Shown in pieces: positions 26,226 through 38,304 of a stretch of DNA of 64,000 nucleotides. Below the pieces are notes generated by a model. That model saw only the letters and a program-made list of their open reading frames with translations, ran no database searches and was not told the DNA's origin. The stretch covers positions 11,532,001 to 11,596,000 of the forward strand of contig NC_092352.1 of assembly GCF_963676685.1 (NCBI RefSeq), read 5' to 3'. The DNA is from Mytilus edulis (lineage: Eukaryota). Position 1 is the first letter of the stretch. Every line of letters starts with the position of its first letter. The translations under genes and the position numbers were made by a program.

Positions 26226-26911
26226 AATGAACCATGAAATGTGGACCAAAACCTAAATTTGTAGTACTTTTTAGAAATTCCCAATCATAATGACTATGTA
26301 TGCAAAGTTACAAATGGATGCAACTATAAATTCATGATAAACTACCTCGACCAAAAACGTTAACCTGAAAAAGAGCTGTTTTGCACAATCTCATTTTCAT
26401 GTTCAATGAACCATGATGATGAAATGTGGACCAAAACCTAAATGTGTAGTACTTTTTAGAAAATTCCCAATCATAATGACTATGTATGCAAAGTTACAAA
26501 TGGATGCAACTATAAATTCATGATAAAGTACCTCGACCAAAAACTTTAACCTGAAAAAGAGGTGTTTTGCACAATCTCATTTTCATGTTCAATGAACCAT
26601 GAAATGTGGACCAAAACCTAAATTTGTAGTAGTTTTTAGAAATTCCCAATCCTAATGACTATGTATGCAAAGTTACAAATGGATGCAACTATAACTTCAT
26701 GATAAACTACCTCGACCAAAAACTTTAACCTGAGAAAGAGCTGTTTCACACAATCTCATTTTCATGTTCAATGAACCATGAAATGTGGACCAAAACCTAA
26801 ATTTGTAGTAGTTTTTAGAAATTCCCAATCATAATGACTATGTATGCAAAGTTACAAATGGATGCAACTATAACTTCATGATAAACTACCTCGACCAAAA
26901 ACTTTAACCTG
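26226..26911. repeat. 179-bp satellite-like tandem array (~3.8 copies) inside the Helentron 5' end
   Basis: Unit starts AATGAACCATG at 26226, 26405, 26591 and 26770. Confidence 0.95.
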
Positions 26912-27081
26912 ACATAGGACGAACGGACGCACAGACGGACGAACTTCATGATAAACTACCTCGACCAAAAACTTTAACCTGACATAGGACGAACGGACGC
27001 ACAGACGGACAAACTTCATGATAAACTACCTCGACCAAAAACTTTAACCTAACATAGGACGAACGGACGCACAGACGGACG
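26872..27081. repeat. 70-bp tandem repeat x3 at the satellite/microsatellite junction
   Basis: AACTTCATGATAAACTACCTCGACC starts at 26872, 26942 and 27012. Confidence 0.95.
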
Positions 27082-27583
27082 AACGGATGCACAGGCGGAC
27101 GAACGGAGGCACAGACCAGAAAACATAATGCCCCTACTACTATCGTAGGCGGGGCATAAAAACATTTGCTATCAATACTACTAGTTTAATTACTATCATA
27201 AGACCATAGGTAAAAGAACCTTCACATATGGCCAAACTCGGTACAATATCACAATAAAAAGATGGTTGCTTTGTAACTCGACTCCAGTCGTAGATACCGA
27301 ACAGTTTACGTGTTGACTGGGGGACTATTCTTAATCATTTGAACAAGCGAGGTGGAAGATACAAAAGGGATATACAAACTCATTAGTTGAAGGAAACCAG
27401 ACAACGCCATGGCAAAAAACGAAAAACGACAAAAAGTCAAATAACAGTGTGCACACTAAATAAAACTAATGACTGAGCAACAGGAACCCCTCCAAATTCC
27501 GGGGCTGATATCAGGTGCTCCCGAAGGGTAAGCAGATTCTGTTCCACATGTAATGCTTTTATAGTACAATTTGTTTGTCTTAC

Positions 27584-27724
27584 CGCAGTGCTGAAGATGA
27601 GTCATATCTCTACATCCATTTACATCATTTCTTTCATTTACACGCATTATGCAGTGATCTGTATAGTTATACAACTTTCCATCAGAACACAAGGAATGGC
27701 TACTGGAAACATTTTTCGAAATTT
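27584..27724 (-). CDS. GPCR exon 14: Cys module typical of GRL101-like receptors
   Basis: LCSDGKLYNYTDHCIMRVNERNDVNGCRDMTHLQHC; 141 nt, phase 1-1, AG/GT. Confidence 0.85.
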
Positions 27725-27982
27725 CTGACAAATAAATATAAGAGTAGTTTACCGATGTTCAAATCGTATAAAACGATTAAAAAAGATAAACGAAGGGAAC
27801 AAGAAAAAGTGAGGGACTCCAAGTAAACAAAGATGACATTATAAGGTAACAGAAAATATATATTCTATACGTTTAGTGAAAAATCTAATCAAACACATTC
27901 ATCTAAGAGGATGAAGCACACATTAAATAATGATGTACGAATCAAGTTTCTCACTGAATCAAAAAGATACATAACCAGAATG

Positions 27983-28414
27983 CATATCGTCGCTGGGCTT
28001 CTAAAATGTCGTATATGACTTTTTTGGCTAGGAAGAAAACCTTTCGAATTACAAAATAGCATACAGTAAGACCTATCAAAATGTGTGAAATAAGACATAT
28101 TACAAAATTGCCAATGTCAGTTGTTTGTAAAGTTTGCTTCCAAAATGTTGTATGAAAACTTGAAAATCGTTGTAGAATGGCTTTGGGAAAAAAATAATTG
28201 TACATTTCTTTATTTCTGTGAAAATAATTTAAGGACTTGGATAATCCAGAAATGTCAAAGTTTTTATTTCACTGCTATTTACAAAAATGTTCAAGTTCAC
28301 ATACGACATTTTGGAAGCATGCATTTTGCCAAAAGTTTCAAAGCCTGTTTGTGAGATATTTTTTTCTTGAAAAATTTGTAATTTACAACATTTTAGAAGC
28401 CCAGCGACGATATG
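27983..28414. repeat. Fold-back element with nested inverted repeats
   Basis: Perfect 27-bp IR at 27983-28009 / 28388-28414 and an imperfect inner IR at ~28137-28165 / 28290-28318. Confidence 0.8.
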
Positions 28415-28577
28415 ACTTGAAACAGGAGATTATCAATTAAATTTCGTGACACACTTTAACATATAATTTTTTTTCGCAAACATTGGAAACGATAATACAG
28501 GTTTATAACTTTTCTTCAAATTTTTTCAGCTAAAACATTTGAAAATATATTAATGCTGCCTGTACTTGAAAATTTAC

Positions 28578-28756
28578 CTGATTTACATACAACAGGTCCA
28601 ACTTTCACATCATAAAACCCCTCGTCACTGTAAGATTTATCTGGAACACCGTAACGATGAAACGGAAGTCTATCGGGATTTGAAATGACTATATTATCAG
28701 TAAACACTCTATTGACATCTGATTGACTCCAGTCCATGCCTCCAATACAATGGCAA
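28578..28756 (-). CDS. GPCR exon 13: end of Caspr/fibrinogen-like module
   Basis: CHCIGG...DNIVISNPDRLPF...KVGPVVC; 179 nt, phase 2-1, AG/GT. Confidence 0.75.
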
Positions 28757-29044
28757 CTACAGAACAAGGAAACTAATGTGATGATGATAATGGAATGCAC
28801 TTTGTTTGAAACAGTTTCATACGGCATCTATACGGTATGAATTGTAAGGTGTTATATTGTGCAATATTGAATTAGCTTTATGTCTGACTATCAAATACTT
28901 GCATTTCTATTGACTTTCAAATATATAGTAAAATTAAGTTGAATTTACCATGTTAATTTTTTTATGTGTTATGATAAGGAATATATAAAAAAAGGTTATA
29001 AATGTAAAGCATACAATGTGATCATAAGAATCGGAAACAACTTA

Positions 29045-30808
29045 GGGACCGTTCAATATTTATCAGATGGATGGGCCGGTGCATTCTTAATATTGTTTTA
29101 TTAAAAAAGTTATTGCCCATCCTTTTAGATTGTGAAAAAAGTCCTTGCCCATCTAAAAAAATCTATAAAAAAGTCCTTGCCCCTCTAAAACTCTAAGACA
29201 ATCAAAAATGATTTAGGTTCTTTTTCTATTTTAAAGTTTTTAAATTTTTATGTCTTGAAATCAAAGAATAGACTTTATAAAAAATTTAAAATGTGCTAGT
29301 TAATTATATATGTATATATCTATGTGTGTATCAGAACCATACATTTTATTGATTTTTAAAACCAGTATGAATATACATGTACAGATTTGATTTTATATAT
29401 GCAGCCTCAAATACAATATTGATTTAAAATAAAGGAAATAATTCAAATTAAGGGACAATAACTCTTGGACTAGTAAACATATTATCATATACTGAATTAC
29501 TTATTATTGTCCTAAAAACAGAACATGTTTATAGTTCAAATATCAATGTCCCTTTATCTATTCTACTTTTCAAAAAAAAAAAAATATTATGGTCTTTTTA
29601 AGCAAATATAGGCAGACATGTTTTTGACTTTGATGCAGCCTTTTTCGCCTATTAATTAATTCCCTAAATTTGACAGCTTAACACCAAACTATAAAACAAC
29701 CTGGCATTCTTTAAGATGAATATATAAATGAGATAGCTGTACAGTTATATGAAAATCTAAGTTGATTTGAAAAAGTTATAAAAAAAATGAAAGGTGACCA
29801 TCTGAACTTAGTCGAAACTTAAAATTGTAGCTTTTTTTCAACCTATTAACTAATTCCTTTAAATGACAGCAAAAAAAAAAAACAAAGTACAAAACAGCCT
29901 GGCATTCAGTAAGATCAATATACAAATGATATAGCAGTAGAGTTTTATGAAAATGCAAGTTGATTTGAAAAAGTTATGAAAAAAATTAAAGATGACTATC
30001 TTGAAATAACAAAAAACTGAAAATTTAAGCTTTTTCTTAAACCTTTTTATTAAATCCATTTGAATGACAGTATCACACCAAACTACCAAACAACTTGGCA
30101 TTCTGTAAGATCAATATATAAATGAAATAGCTGTTAAGTTTTATGAAAATTCATGTTGATTTAAAAAAGTTATAAAAAAAATTAAAGATGACTATCTAGA
30201 TTCAGCCTAAACTTAGAATTTGAGTTTTTTTTTTCTTACCTATTAATTAAATCTAAAAATTTAACAGCAATACATCTAACTACCAAACAACCTGGCTTTC
30301 TATAAGATCAATATATAAATGAGATAGCTGTAGAGTTTTTGGAAAATCCAAGTTGATTTGAAAAAGTTAGAAAAAAATTTAAAGTTTACTATCTGAATTT
30401 AGCCTTATCTAAAAATTTGAGCTTTTTTTTCTTACCTATTAATTAAATCCATAAATTTTACAGCAATACACCAAACTATTAAACAATTTGGTATTCTTTA
30501 AGGTCAAAATAATCTAAAAGATAGTCTGAACAGAAAATTCTAGCTTTTTATTCCTTAATTAAATCCTTAAAATTGACAGAAATGAGCCAAGCTACCAGTT
30601 TGTTGAGACATGTTTTGAGTGCCCGCAAAAGAAATATCCTACAAACCAATAAAATTGATAACATAATTTTTCCTATAAAATATGTTCTGGCCCATCCACT
30701 AAATATTTTAAAAAAAGTTCTTGCCCATCCAAATATTTCCACAAAAAAAGTGCTTGCCCCGCCCCATTTTGCACCGGCCCATCCATCTGATAAATATTGA
30801 ACGGTCCC
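29045..30808. mobile_element. PIF/Harbinger-like non-autonomous element with internal ~197-bp tandem array
   Basis: Perfect 39-bp TIRs (29045-29083 / 30770-30808) and TTA TSD (29042-29044 / 30809-30811). Array anchors at 29701, 29899, 30095, 30292 and 30488. Confidence 0.92.
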
Positions 30809-31132
30809 TTATATACCAAACTTCAAGAGCTCAAACAAACAAAAATCTGACACAATACCGTTTACCACAAACAGCTGATAATTATCCCAATCAAAGTGAT
30901 TTGATATCTGTCGATACCATTTCTACATAAACTTTCATCAGGGCTTACAGTTCGAAGAACAAGCACAAGCAGTAGATGGCGATAAACAGTGCAAAAACTT
31001 TCTGATATTAATAGATACATTCGTCAAAAATTCACTTTGACTAAGTGGGTTTTGTATAAATGAAACGACTCCTATGACTACGAGAATGATGGTACGTTGT
31101 TCGTCAAAATTAAATAAAGTTTTTTTACTTGC

Positions 31133-31433
31133 CTGTTATTGCATGCCTCAACAACGATGACAATAGATTCCGTATACCTTTTAGAGTTATCAGATATAAC
31201 GTCGTGGTAATAGCATGTTAATTTCACATTTTGTGAACACTGGTGGTTGTCCTTCTTCATTACACTCTTTATCATATCCTCAGGAAAACTATATACTTTT
31301 TCAAGTACAGTTTCTAGTTTATCAGAACTACCATAAAAGCTAGAGAAATAGTCAACATCATTATAATAAAAGAATGTTGAGACCAGTAAAGCATTGCCTT
31401 GATCATTGAATTCACAGTATACCAAATATGTAT
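31133..31433 (-). CDS. GPCR exon 12: Caspr/fibrinogen-like module
   Basis: DTYLVYCEF...Y...IKSV..CSQNVKLTC. AG acceptor. The donor is either AG|GCAAGT (exon end 31133) or AG|GTATAC (end 31178); both are phase 2. Confidence 0.75.
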
Positions 31434-31549
31434 CTGAAATAAACAAAAATTGAAATGACATCCTCACGTATTGTTACTTGTTTGAATTATTTTCAAACTT
31501 TACTTCAGAACGGTGTTGATTCATCCTTTTACGCAAAGTTTGTCGACTT

Positions 31550-32720
31550 TCACCAACACAAAGTACATTCAATTCCGGAAACGACATTGTCCGTGGAACA
31601 GTCCAGAGGATGAAAAGATTTAGTACAATAAGTTTTTCCTGTTAAATTACTAGTGAAATCTGGAGTCGTGATTAACATATTACATATCTTACACGTGCTC
31701 CTTTTTCCTTTTTTGTGTTTACTTGTAGAAATAATAGGAGTTGATTCACATGTTACAGGTGTCTTTAAACAATCATAAACATTAATAGTACATGGTTTAA
31801 TTGTTTGAAAAGTATCTGCATTTTTAAAGTAATCATTACCTTCTGGCTGTACATAAGTCAAATCAGGGGTACCCCGAAGGATATGAGGGGAACACAAAAA
31901 TCAAATGCTACAGTGTTCCGTGTAGCAGAAGAAGACCTTGGTAACCCGGGCGACGTCCTAGCCGGTTTGGTCTTTGTAATCTTTGTATTCATCATGCATT
32001 AAGCTACCAAGTTAATGATGCCCTCGTGGAAAAATCTATCAGCAGTAAAATTTCTTCTAGGAAGAAACTTGTCATCGACTTGATTGTAGTAAAAAGTAAA
32101 ACAACAAAAATACCGAACATCAAGGAAAATTCAAAACGGAAAGTCACTTAACAATTGGCAAAATCAAAAGCTCAAACACATCAAATGAATGGAAAACAAC
32201 TGCCATATTCCTGACTTGGTACAGGCATTTCCTTATGTAGAAAATGGTGGATTAAACCTGGTTTTAAAGCTAGCTAAACCTCCCACTCGTATGACAGTCG
32301 CATACAATCCAATTATATTGACAACAATGTGTGACCAAAACAAACAGATATGATAAGTAAAAATATCAAAAATAGGGGTACAGCAGTCAACATTGTATTA
32401 TAATCTCGATCACTATAAAAACAACAAAGAAAAACAAAATGGCATATAGACAAAACACTTACGCAATAATGAAACACAAGAATACCGAAGTACCGAGCCA
32501 CGCCTAAAGGATATTACAAAAAATGGACCAAACAGTAAACGTTAATAATTTACTAAGACAAATAAAATAACACTATACCACGTTATTAAGATGATAAACA
32601 ACGTCAGTACCTAGAATCTATACATCAAGACCATCATGTATTATTTGTGAAGTTGATACGGAATATTTATCAACAAGATCTTGGTATCTTCCTATGGACT
32701 AAGGACGAGACGTTCTTTGA
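31550..32720 (-). mobile_element. Naiad-type PLE tail-to-head junction: 3' UTR/pLTR followed by ORF N-terminus
   Basis: 32095-32720 matches the 3' end of the 14525-16075 copy. ORF 31550-31897 ends CKICNML..FTSNLTGKTY..LDCSTDNVVSGIECTLC, homologous to the GIY-YIG lead-in at 62230-62400. Confidence 0.8.
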
Positions 32721-35040
32721 CAATTGTTTCATTCAATATTTGGTATGCGGATTTGCAAGTAGTTTTTCACTCAGTGAAATCTCACTTGACAATAAATAGA
32801 TTTGGATTATTTTGCTGGTGCAGAGATTCAAAGCAAGTCTGAAAAAGTTTTCATTGAATTGAAAAATTTACTAGATTCATGTGGTTCTGATGAATCAAGT
32901 CACAATCCCGCTTCCACGAGCACGAGAACAGAGCTCCTAGGTATAATATGTGGTATAGTAGCTTTAACTTTAGAAACATCACCAAACAAACTTGATGATA
33001 TAAAATATTCATGAAAGAGTTGGTCTCTAAACATAAGTTAAAATGAGAGATATCCAGTTTCTTGTAGGGAAATAGAATATTGCAGTTTCTTGCGTGAGAC
33101 CCGATAGATTGTTCATGTCAAGATTATTAAATTAGTAAACAATTAAGAGTGGATAGAAATACCAAAAAATTGTTTAAAAAAATAAATTTCTCGGTAACTT
33201 TTATACCCTGGCCTTGTATAATGAAGTACATGTATCTACTTTGGTTATTGAATAATTGATTAAGTCAGATTTTGAAATTTTTTCTTATGCTTGTCTTTCT
33301 GGTTGTTGATCGTGGAATAAAAAACACAAGGAGTTTCAAAGATTTATTATTGATTTAAACTTGAATATTAATGTGCTAGAGCTTTTGCCTGTTGTCGTTA
33401 AGTCGAAACACTAGGTATATAACGTTTAAAAATAAAATAATAAATTTTTTCTACAACAAAGTATCTAAAGTCGAGAAAAACTAGTGATTTAGATATGCAG
33501 CTGTGAATCAATTCAAATAAAGACAATACATGTAAGTGTTTGGGATAATAGCATATATCAGACTTTTTTTTTTATTTATCTAGATGATATTTAGATTTAA
33601 CTTATATTATTAAGTGTTTTGTTTGTTCAAAGATCATCAAGCAACATTGATTTAAACAAAGCTTTATTGTATTGCAAATTTGCACATGAATGTATACCAG
33701 TATACGGGGAGGTGCCACGTTTAGTGTCAAGTCAAAAGTGCCTACAAAACTTATCAAAACGACTGTGCACTCCTTGATTTAACTTATTGTTCTTTCTTGT
33801 AAAGAAGTATGTTATCCTTTAATGGTGTTTTCTATGCAAGGGAGTAAATTATTTGTTGGAAACTACGGATTAGATTGTGCAAAGGAGTAGTACATCCCTT
33901 GGAGTTTCCTTGTCGAATCAAAGAAAGCAGTACCTCTTTAGTATAGTATAATCAAATGGAATTCAATTCGAAAATTAGAAAACCAAAGGCCTGATGTACA
34001 AAACAATAATCGTAAAACAAATATGACGATAACCACTGAATTTTTTAAAACAAATACATATTTACGTAATCTAGAATATCATATCTTTGGTGAGGTCAAC
34101 ACAACATGTATGTAAAGCTTAAAACAATTCAGAGCCTCAAAAAGAAAATGAGCCTTATTGGAAATACATAACTACCTTAGGGCAATTTTCCTGAGAGAGT
34201 TGTAGCATTAATTAGTCAAAGAATCATTACATAATTCATAAGCCATATTTGTATGTGCATATCCCACGTTATGAGCATATAATTCATTGGTTATCGTTAA
34301 TTGCTGCCCGTCATTTCTGTTTTTTTCATTGTTTTGTCATAAATCAGGCCAGGCCGTTGGCTTTTTCATGTGATTTTTTTTCTCACTTTTTGTCATAAAG
34401 GGGCCTTTTAATACTGACTATACGATATTGGTTTTACTCATTGTTGAAGGCCGTACGGTGACATATAATTGGTAAAATCCACGTTGTCTCATTTACGTAC
34501 GACATCATCTATATTTTACATCAGCCTCTTAAATCACTTTTTTATGTACCCTATTTTATGTGTTACGGATCGTTCATTTAAACTGGACCCTCGTACATAA
34601 ATGTTGTAATTGGAAAGTAGTCATTTTGGGCAATTCTGAATTCTGAATTCTGTATTCTGAATTTCTCGGTTGTTCTATTACCAATAAGATTTATCCAAGA
34701 GAAATAGAATGACATGAGATTGAGAGGGTACTTATAATAAATTTACTTTGTATACTGTAAAATAGATTTTAACAATAATCTTCAAAGTTTTCATTGTTAT
34801 TAATCACAAGCTCTCGCACCTCCATTTGCAACTCAATCATTTCGAAATGTCTTGATTACTTCTATGCTACTAAGAATGAACATTGCAAATCCAAAAAGTT
34901 AAGTGAAAATGTTTGACAAAATTACCATTAACATAAACAATCAACTCCATTTGGTTTCTCTTAATCAAATTAATCAAACATTTTGTGGGATAAGTTTCCC
35001 TTTGATCAAGAATTATTTCGAATGCAGTTAAATAATATAC

Positions 35041-35247
35041 CTTCTGTTCCTTGATCTATGGAATACATTCCATTTAATCTCGCTCCAATTACCCACCATT
35101 GTTCACACGATGTCTGTTTGACACTATCAGCGCACTCATATTCGTCTTCTTTGTATCCTCCAGGACAGTCAGATATAGTATCACATACACGATCTTTACT
35201 GATACATGCTTTATCATAACATTGATAGCTTTTTGAACTACAAGTTT
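35041..35247 (-). CDS. GPCR exon 11: LDLa plus start of fibrinogen-like module (absent from the ORF track)
   Basis: ETCSSKSYQCYDKACISKDRVCDTISDCPGGYKEDEYEC-ADSVKQTSCEQWWVIGARLNGMYSIDQGTE; 207 nt, phase 1-1. Confidence 0.9.
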
Positions 35248-37745
35248 CTGAGAAATAAATATCTATAATTATGTTATGTAACGAAACAACGGTGCTGATA
35301 GCATTATGAAATAAAATAACAAACTGATTAAAATCACATCTTTTACTTTTATCCGTTAGCTTTGTTTGTCGCTTATGTACAAACGTTCATCAGATTGTAA
35401 AAATAAAGGTTCTATGTTAGTTCAATCTCAGTTGACACCATATTTACCTACAAATTGATCTAAGTGTCTAAATATATTACAACACTACTTTTAAAAGCTA
35501 TTAAATGCAGGTCTCGATTGGAACTTTGAACTTTTTAGAATCAGTTAAATATTTCAGATAGTATAAGTTATATTTATTCTTTCCGTTGTTTTTTTTTTTA
35601 ATTTTGTTAGGGAAAAACAAAAATTTAAAGAACAATTTCAAAACGTTTACCTTTACTTTTTTTTTTAAATGAAAAAGGGAGGCGGGTGATACCAAAGGGA
35701 TATTCAAACTCATACAAAACGACCAAAAAGACAAACAATAGTGTACAAAACGACCAAAAGACAAACAATAGTGTACATTATAGAATAATAATGTATGAGC
35801 AATACGAATCCAACAAAAACAACCGGGGGTTATGCCAGGTGCTCCGGAAGGTACGCAGATCCTGAAAATTAAATATATTAAAAGAGGTATTGATTTTATT
35901 ATCTAGTATATGTAATATCTCTACAATTCAAAACGTTAAACCTCCCTATTTTGTTAACATAGAACGACCTATGATTTCGTATACCTACAAAAATCCAGAA
36001 ATAGTTTCATATTCAATTATACTTCAGTTACATCAGACGTCATTAGAAACAATAATGCTCGTTCTACTCGAGACTGTTAATCATCCAATTTTTAGATATG
36101 ATTCCTACGGATATTTGAATATCACGTTTTGAAAATAAATAACATCTTTATTTAATTCTTTCAAAGATACAGAGATTTGATTTGGAAATTAGGCTGTATC
36201 TGTAGAAAATTATTACAAACTGGAGAAACCATCCTGATTTTTAGGGTGATGTTGTTTTTAGAGCCCGTAAATTTTGATAGATTCATAAAATTTTAACTTT
36301 AAATAATAATTTTGAATAAAATTAATCTAAAAGTTTATCAATTTAACAGTGTAATATAGTCTTTGGTTCTCGCTGCGTAAGACCCATTGGTGGCCTTCGG
36401 CTGTTGTCTGCTCTTTGGTCGGGTTGTTGTCTCTTTGACATATTCCGCATTTCCATTCTCAATTTTATTTGAACATTGTTTTTATGGGTTAAAAAATTGG
36501 TTGTGTTATCAATAAATTAAAACATAACTTAATATTATTGCTCTTCGGTCCATGTAACTCTTATCAATTCAAAATTTAAAAAAAATTCAAATTTTAGATT
36601 TTTGGAACTTTGATCAAAGTTTTAAAATATCAAAATTCCAAATTTTTGAATTTTTTTGAACTTTTGAAATTTCCACCAAATAATTGAAATTGTAAAATTC
36701 TAAATATCGTTTTTAAATTTAATAGTTTAGATATTTGATCAAACTTTTAAAGTACTAAATTAACGTGCAGTTTTGATTATTTCGCTTTTTGAAAGTTTGA
36801 TTTTTATATAAATTTTTGATTAAGATATCAAAAATAGAATACGGGCGAAATGAGGGTACCTGTATATTGAGATTTTATTCTCCAAAGTAAATCAACTTGC
36901 CGGTTTAAATAGGTTTAAATAATATTTTTTTCAATAGATGCAAAACCTAAAAAAAATCAGGATACTGTTATCTCATGTGATGTCCAATTTGTTTAAAAAA
37001 AAAAACAAAAAACGACTTTTCTTTTAATTATTTATTTTGTAATTTAAAAATGATTTGTTATATTTCGTGCTTTTTATTCCCCATCTAAGAATGATCATAA
37101 TTAGAGCCGTGTTTCTTGTTTTAAAGTGAGATATCCGCTTTTGAGAATATTTATTTTGTTATCCAATTTTTTTTTCGCTTACAACTGTCTGCTGCTGGTT
37201 TTATTTTATACATTTAACTTTTAAGTAATAGTAACTGTTCATTTCATTTCATTTTGTTTCGTTTCGTTTGTTTTGTTTCGCACTTTACATGTACCTCTCT
37301 TTTCGCCCGTATCTATTTTTTATATCTTAATCAAAAATTTAAAAAATAACAAGATCTTGTTTTTTCTCGGACGTCTTCACACTTAATCCATTGGTTGTGT
37401 ACAAATTGAAATATTAGTCTAGGATTCATGATTTTTGTATGTTCTTCTTTCAAGTCAGGAGCGTTGTTTTTGTTGTTGTATATCATATTTGTTTTTGTTT
37501 ATTGTACATAAATCATGCTTTTATTTTTATCGTTTGAATTGTTTTTCAATTGTCACGTTAGCAATAACTAATCATATTGATTCTTATAGAAACACTGAAT
37601 AAATAATGATGATGTTCTGATTTTCCACAGAGTTGTAATGCTACTCCTTCAAATGTATTAAAGTATTACCTTCTATGAAGTAGCATTTTATCCTTTTCAT
37701 ATTTTATCTGATTTGACAAAAAGCTAAGCATATTAGTGTATATAC

Positions 37746-37862
37746 CACAATTTATTTCATCTGATCCATCAAAACAATCGCGTGTGACGTCACAGCGTTT
37801 AGCTGAAGGAATGCATTGTTTGTTGACACACTGCCATTCTCCGTCTTGACAACTTCTCCATA
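37746..37862 (-). CDS. GPCR exon 10: LDLa repeat
   Basis: CQDGEWQCVNKQCIPSAKRCDVTRDCFDGSDEINC; 117 nt, phase 1-1. Confidence 0.92.
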
Positions 37863-38304
37863 CTAAACAAAACACATGATGTCAAAACAGGGATAAAGTA
37901 TTATTTTTGGAGACGATACTAAGTGAAGCAAAACTAATGAATACCTAAACGCAACTCGTTACAAATAACATAAACAAGTAATGCCCCCATATAAACAGAA
38001 CACTACATAACATTAAAGTTTTAAATGATTGACAAATTGTTTACCATCACGAGTCTATACGTAGGCTCTAAAAATTTCATTTACAATTTCACAAAAGTAT
38101 TTTACAGTAGTATCAGGTATCGAAGTCTGTGTTATAATGTTCCATAAAAATTGTGATATTTGAAAGTTAAGAATAATATGGTCAACAGCGGTAAACCAAA
38201 GATTTACAAAAACAAATGAGTCTGAAATGCTTATTCAAAATATGATTCTTTAGCACATTATACAAATTGATAAAAAATAATGCAGATGTTTGTAAACGCA
38301 GATT

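Larger units (their letters stand above)
17149..27162 (-). mobile_element. Full-length Helentron (endonuclease-carrying Helitron), intronic
   Basis: Subterminal IRs ATGCCCCGC (17177-17185) / GCGGGGCAT (27149-27157), 5' IR partner at 27128-27134, GGAC microsatellite, a 3' stem-loop remnant and A/T-rich insertion site. Rep-helicase-endonuclease coding region inside. Confidence 0.9.

Noticed and set aside
30949-31001. Possible 53-nt mini-exon (KFLHCLSPSTACACSSN) with AG/GT ends
   Set aside because: Not needed for phase continuity and would require a weaker acceptor at exon 13. Left out pending RNA evidence.
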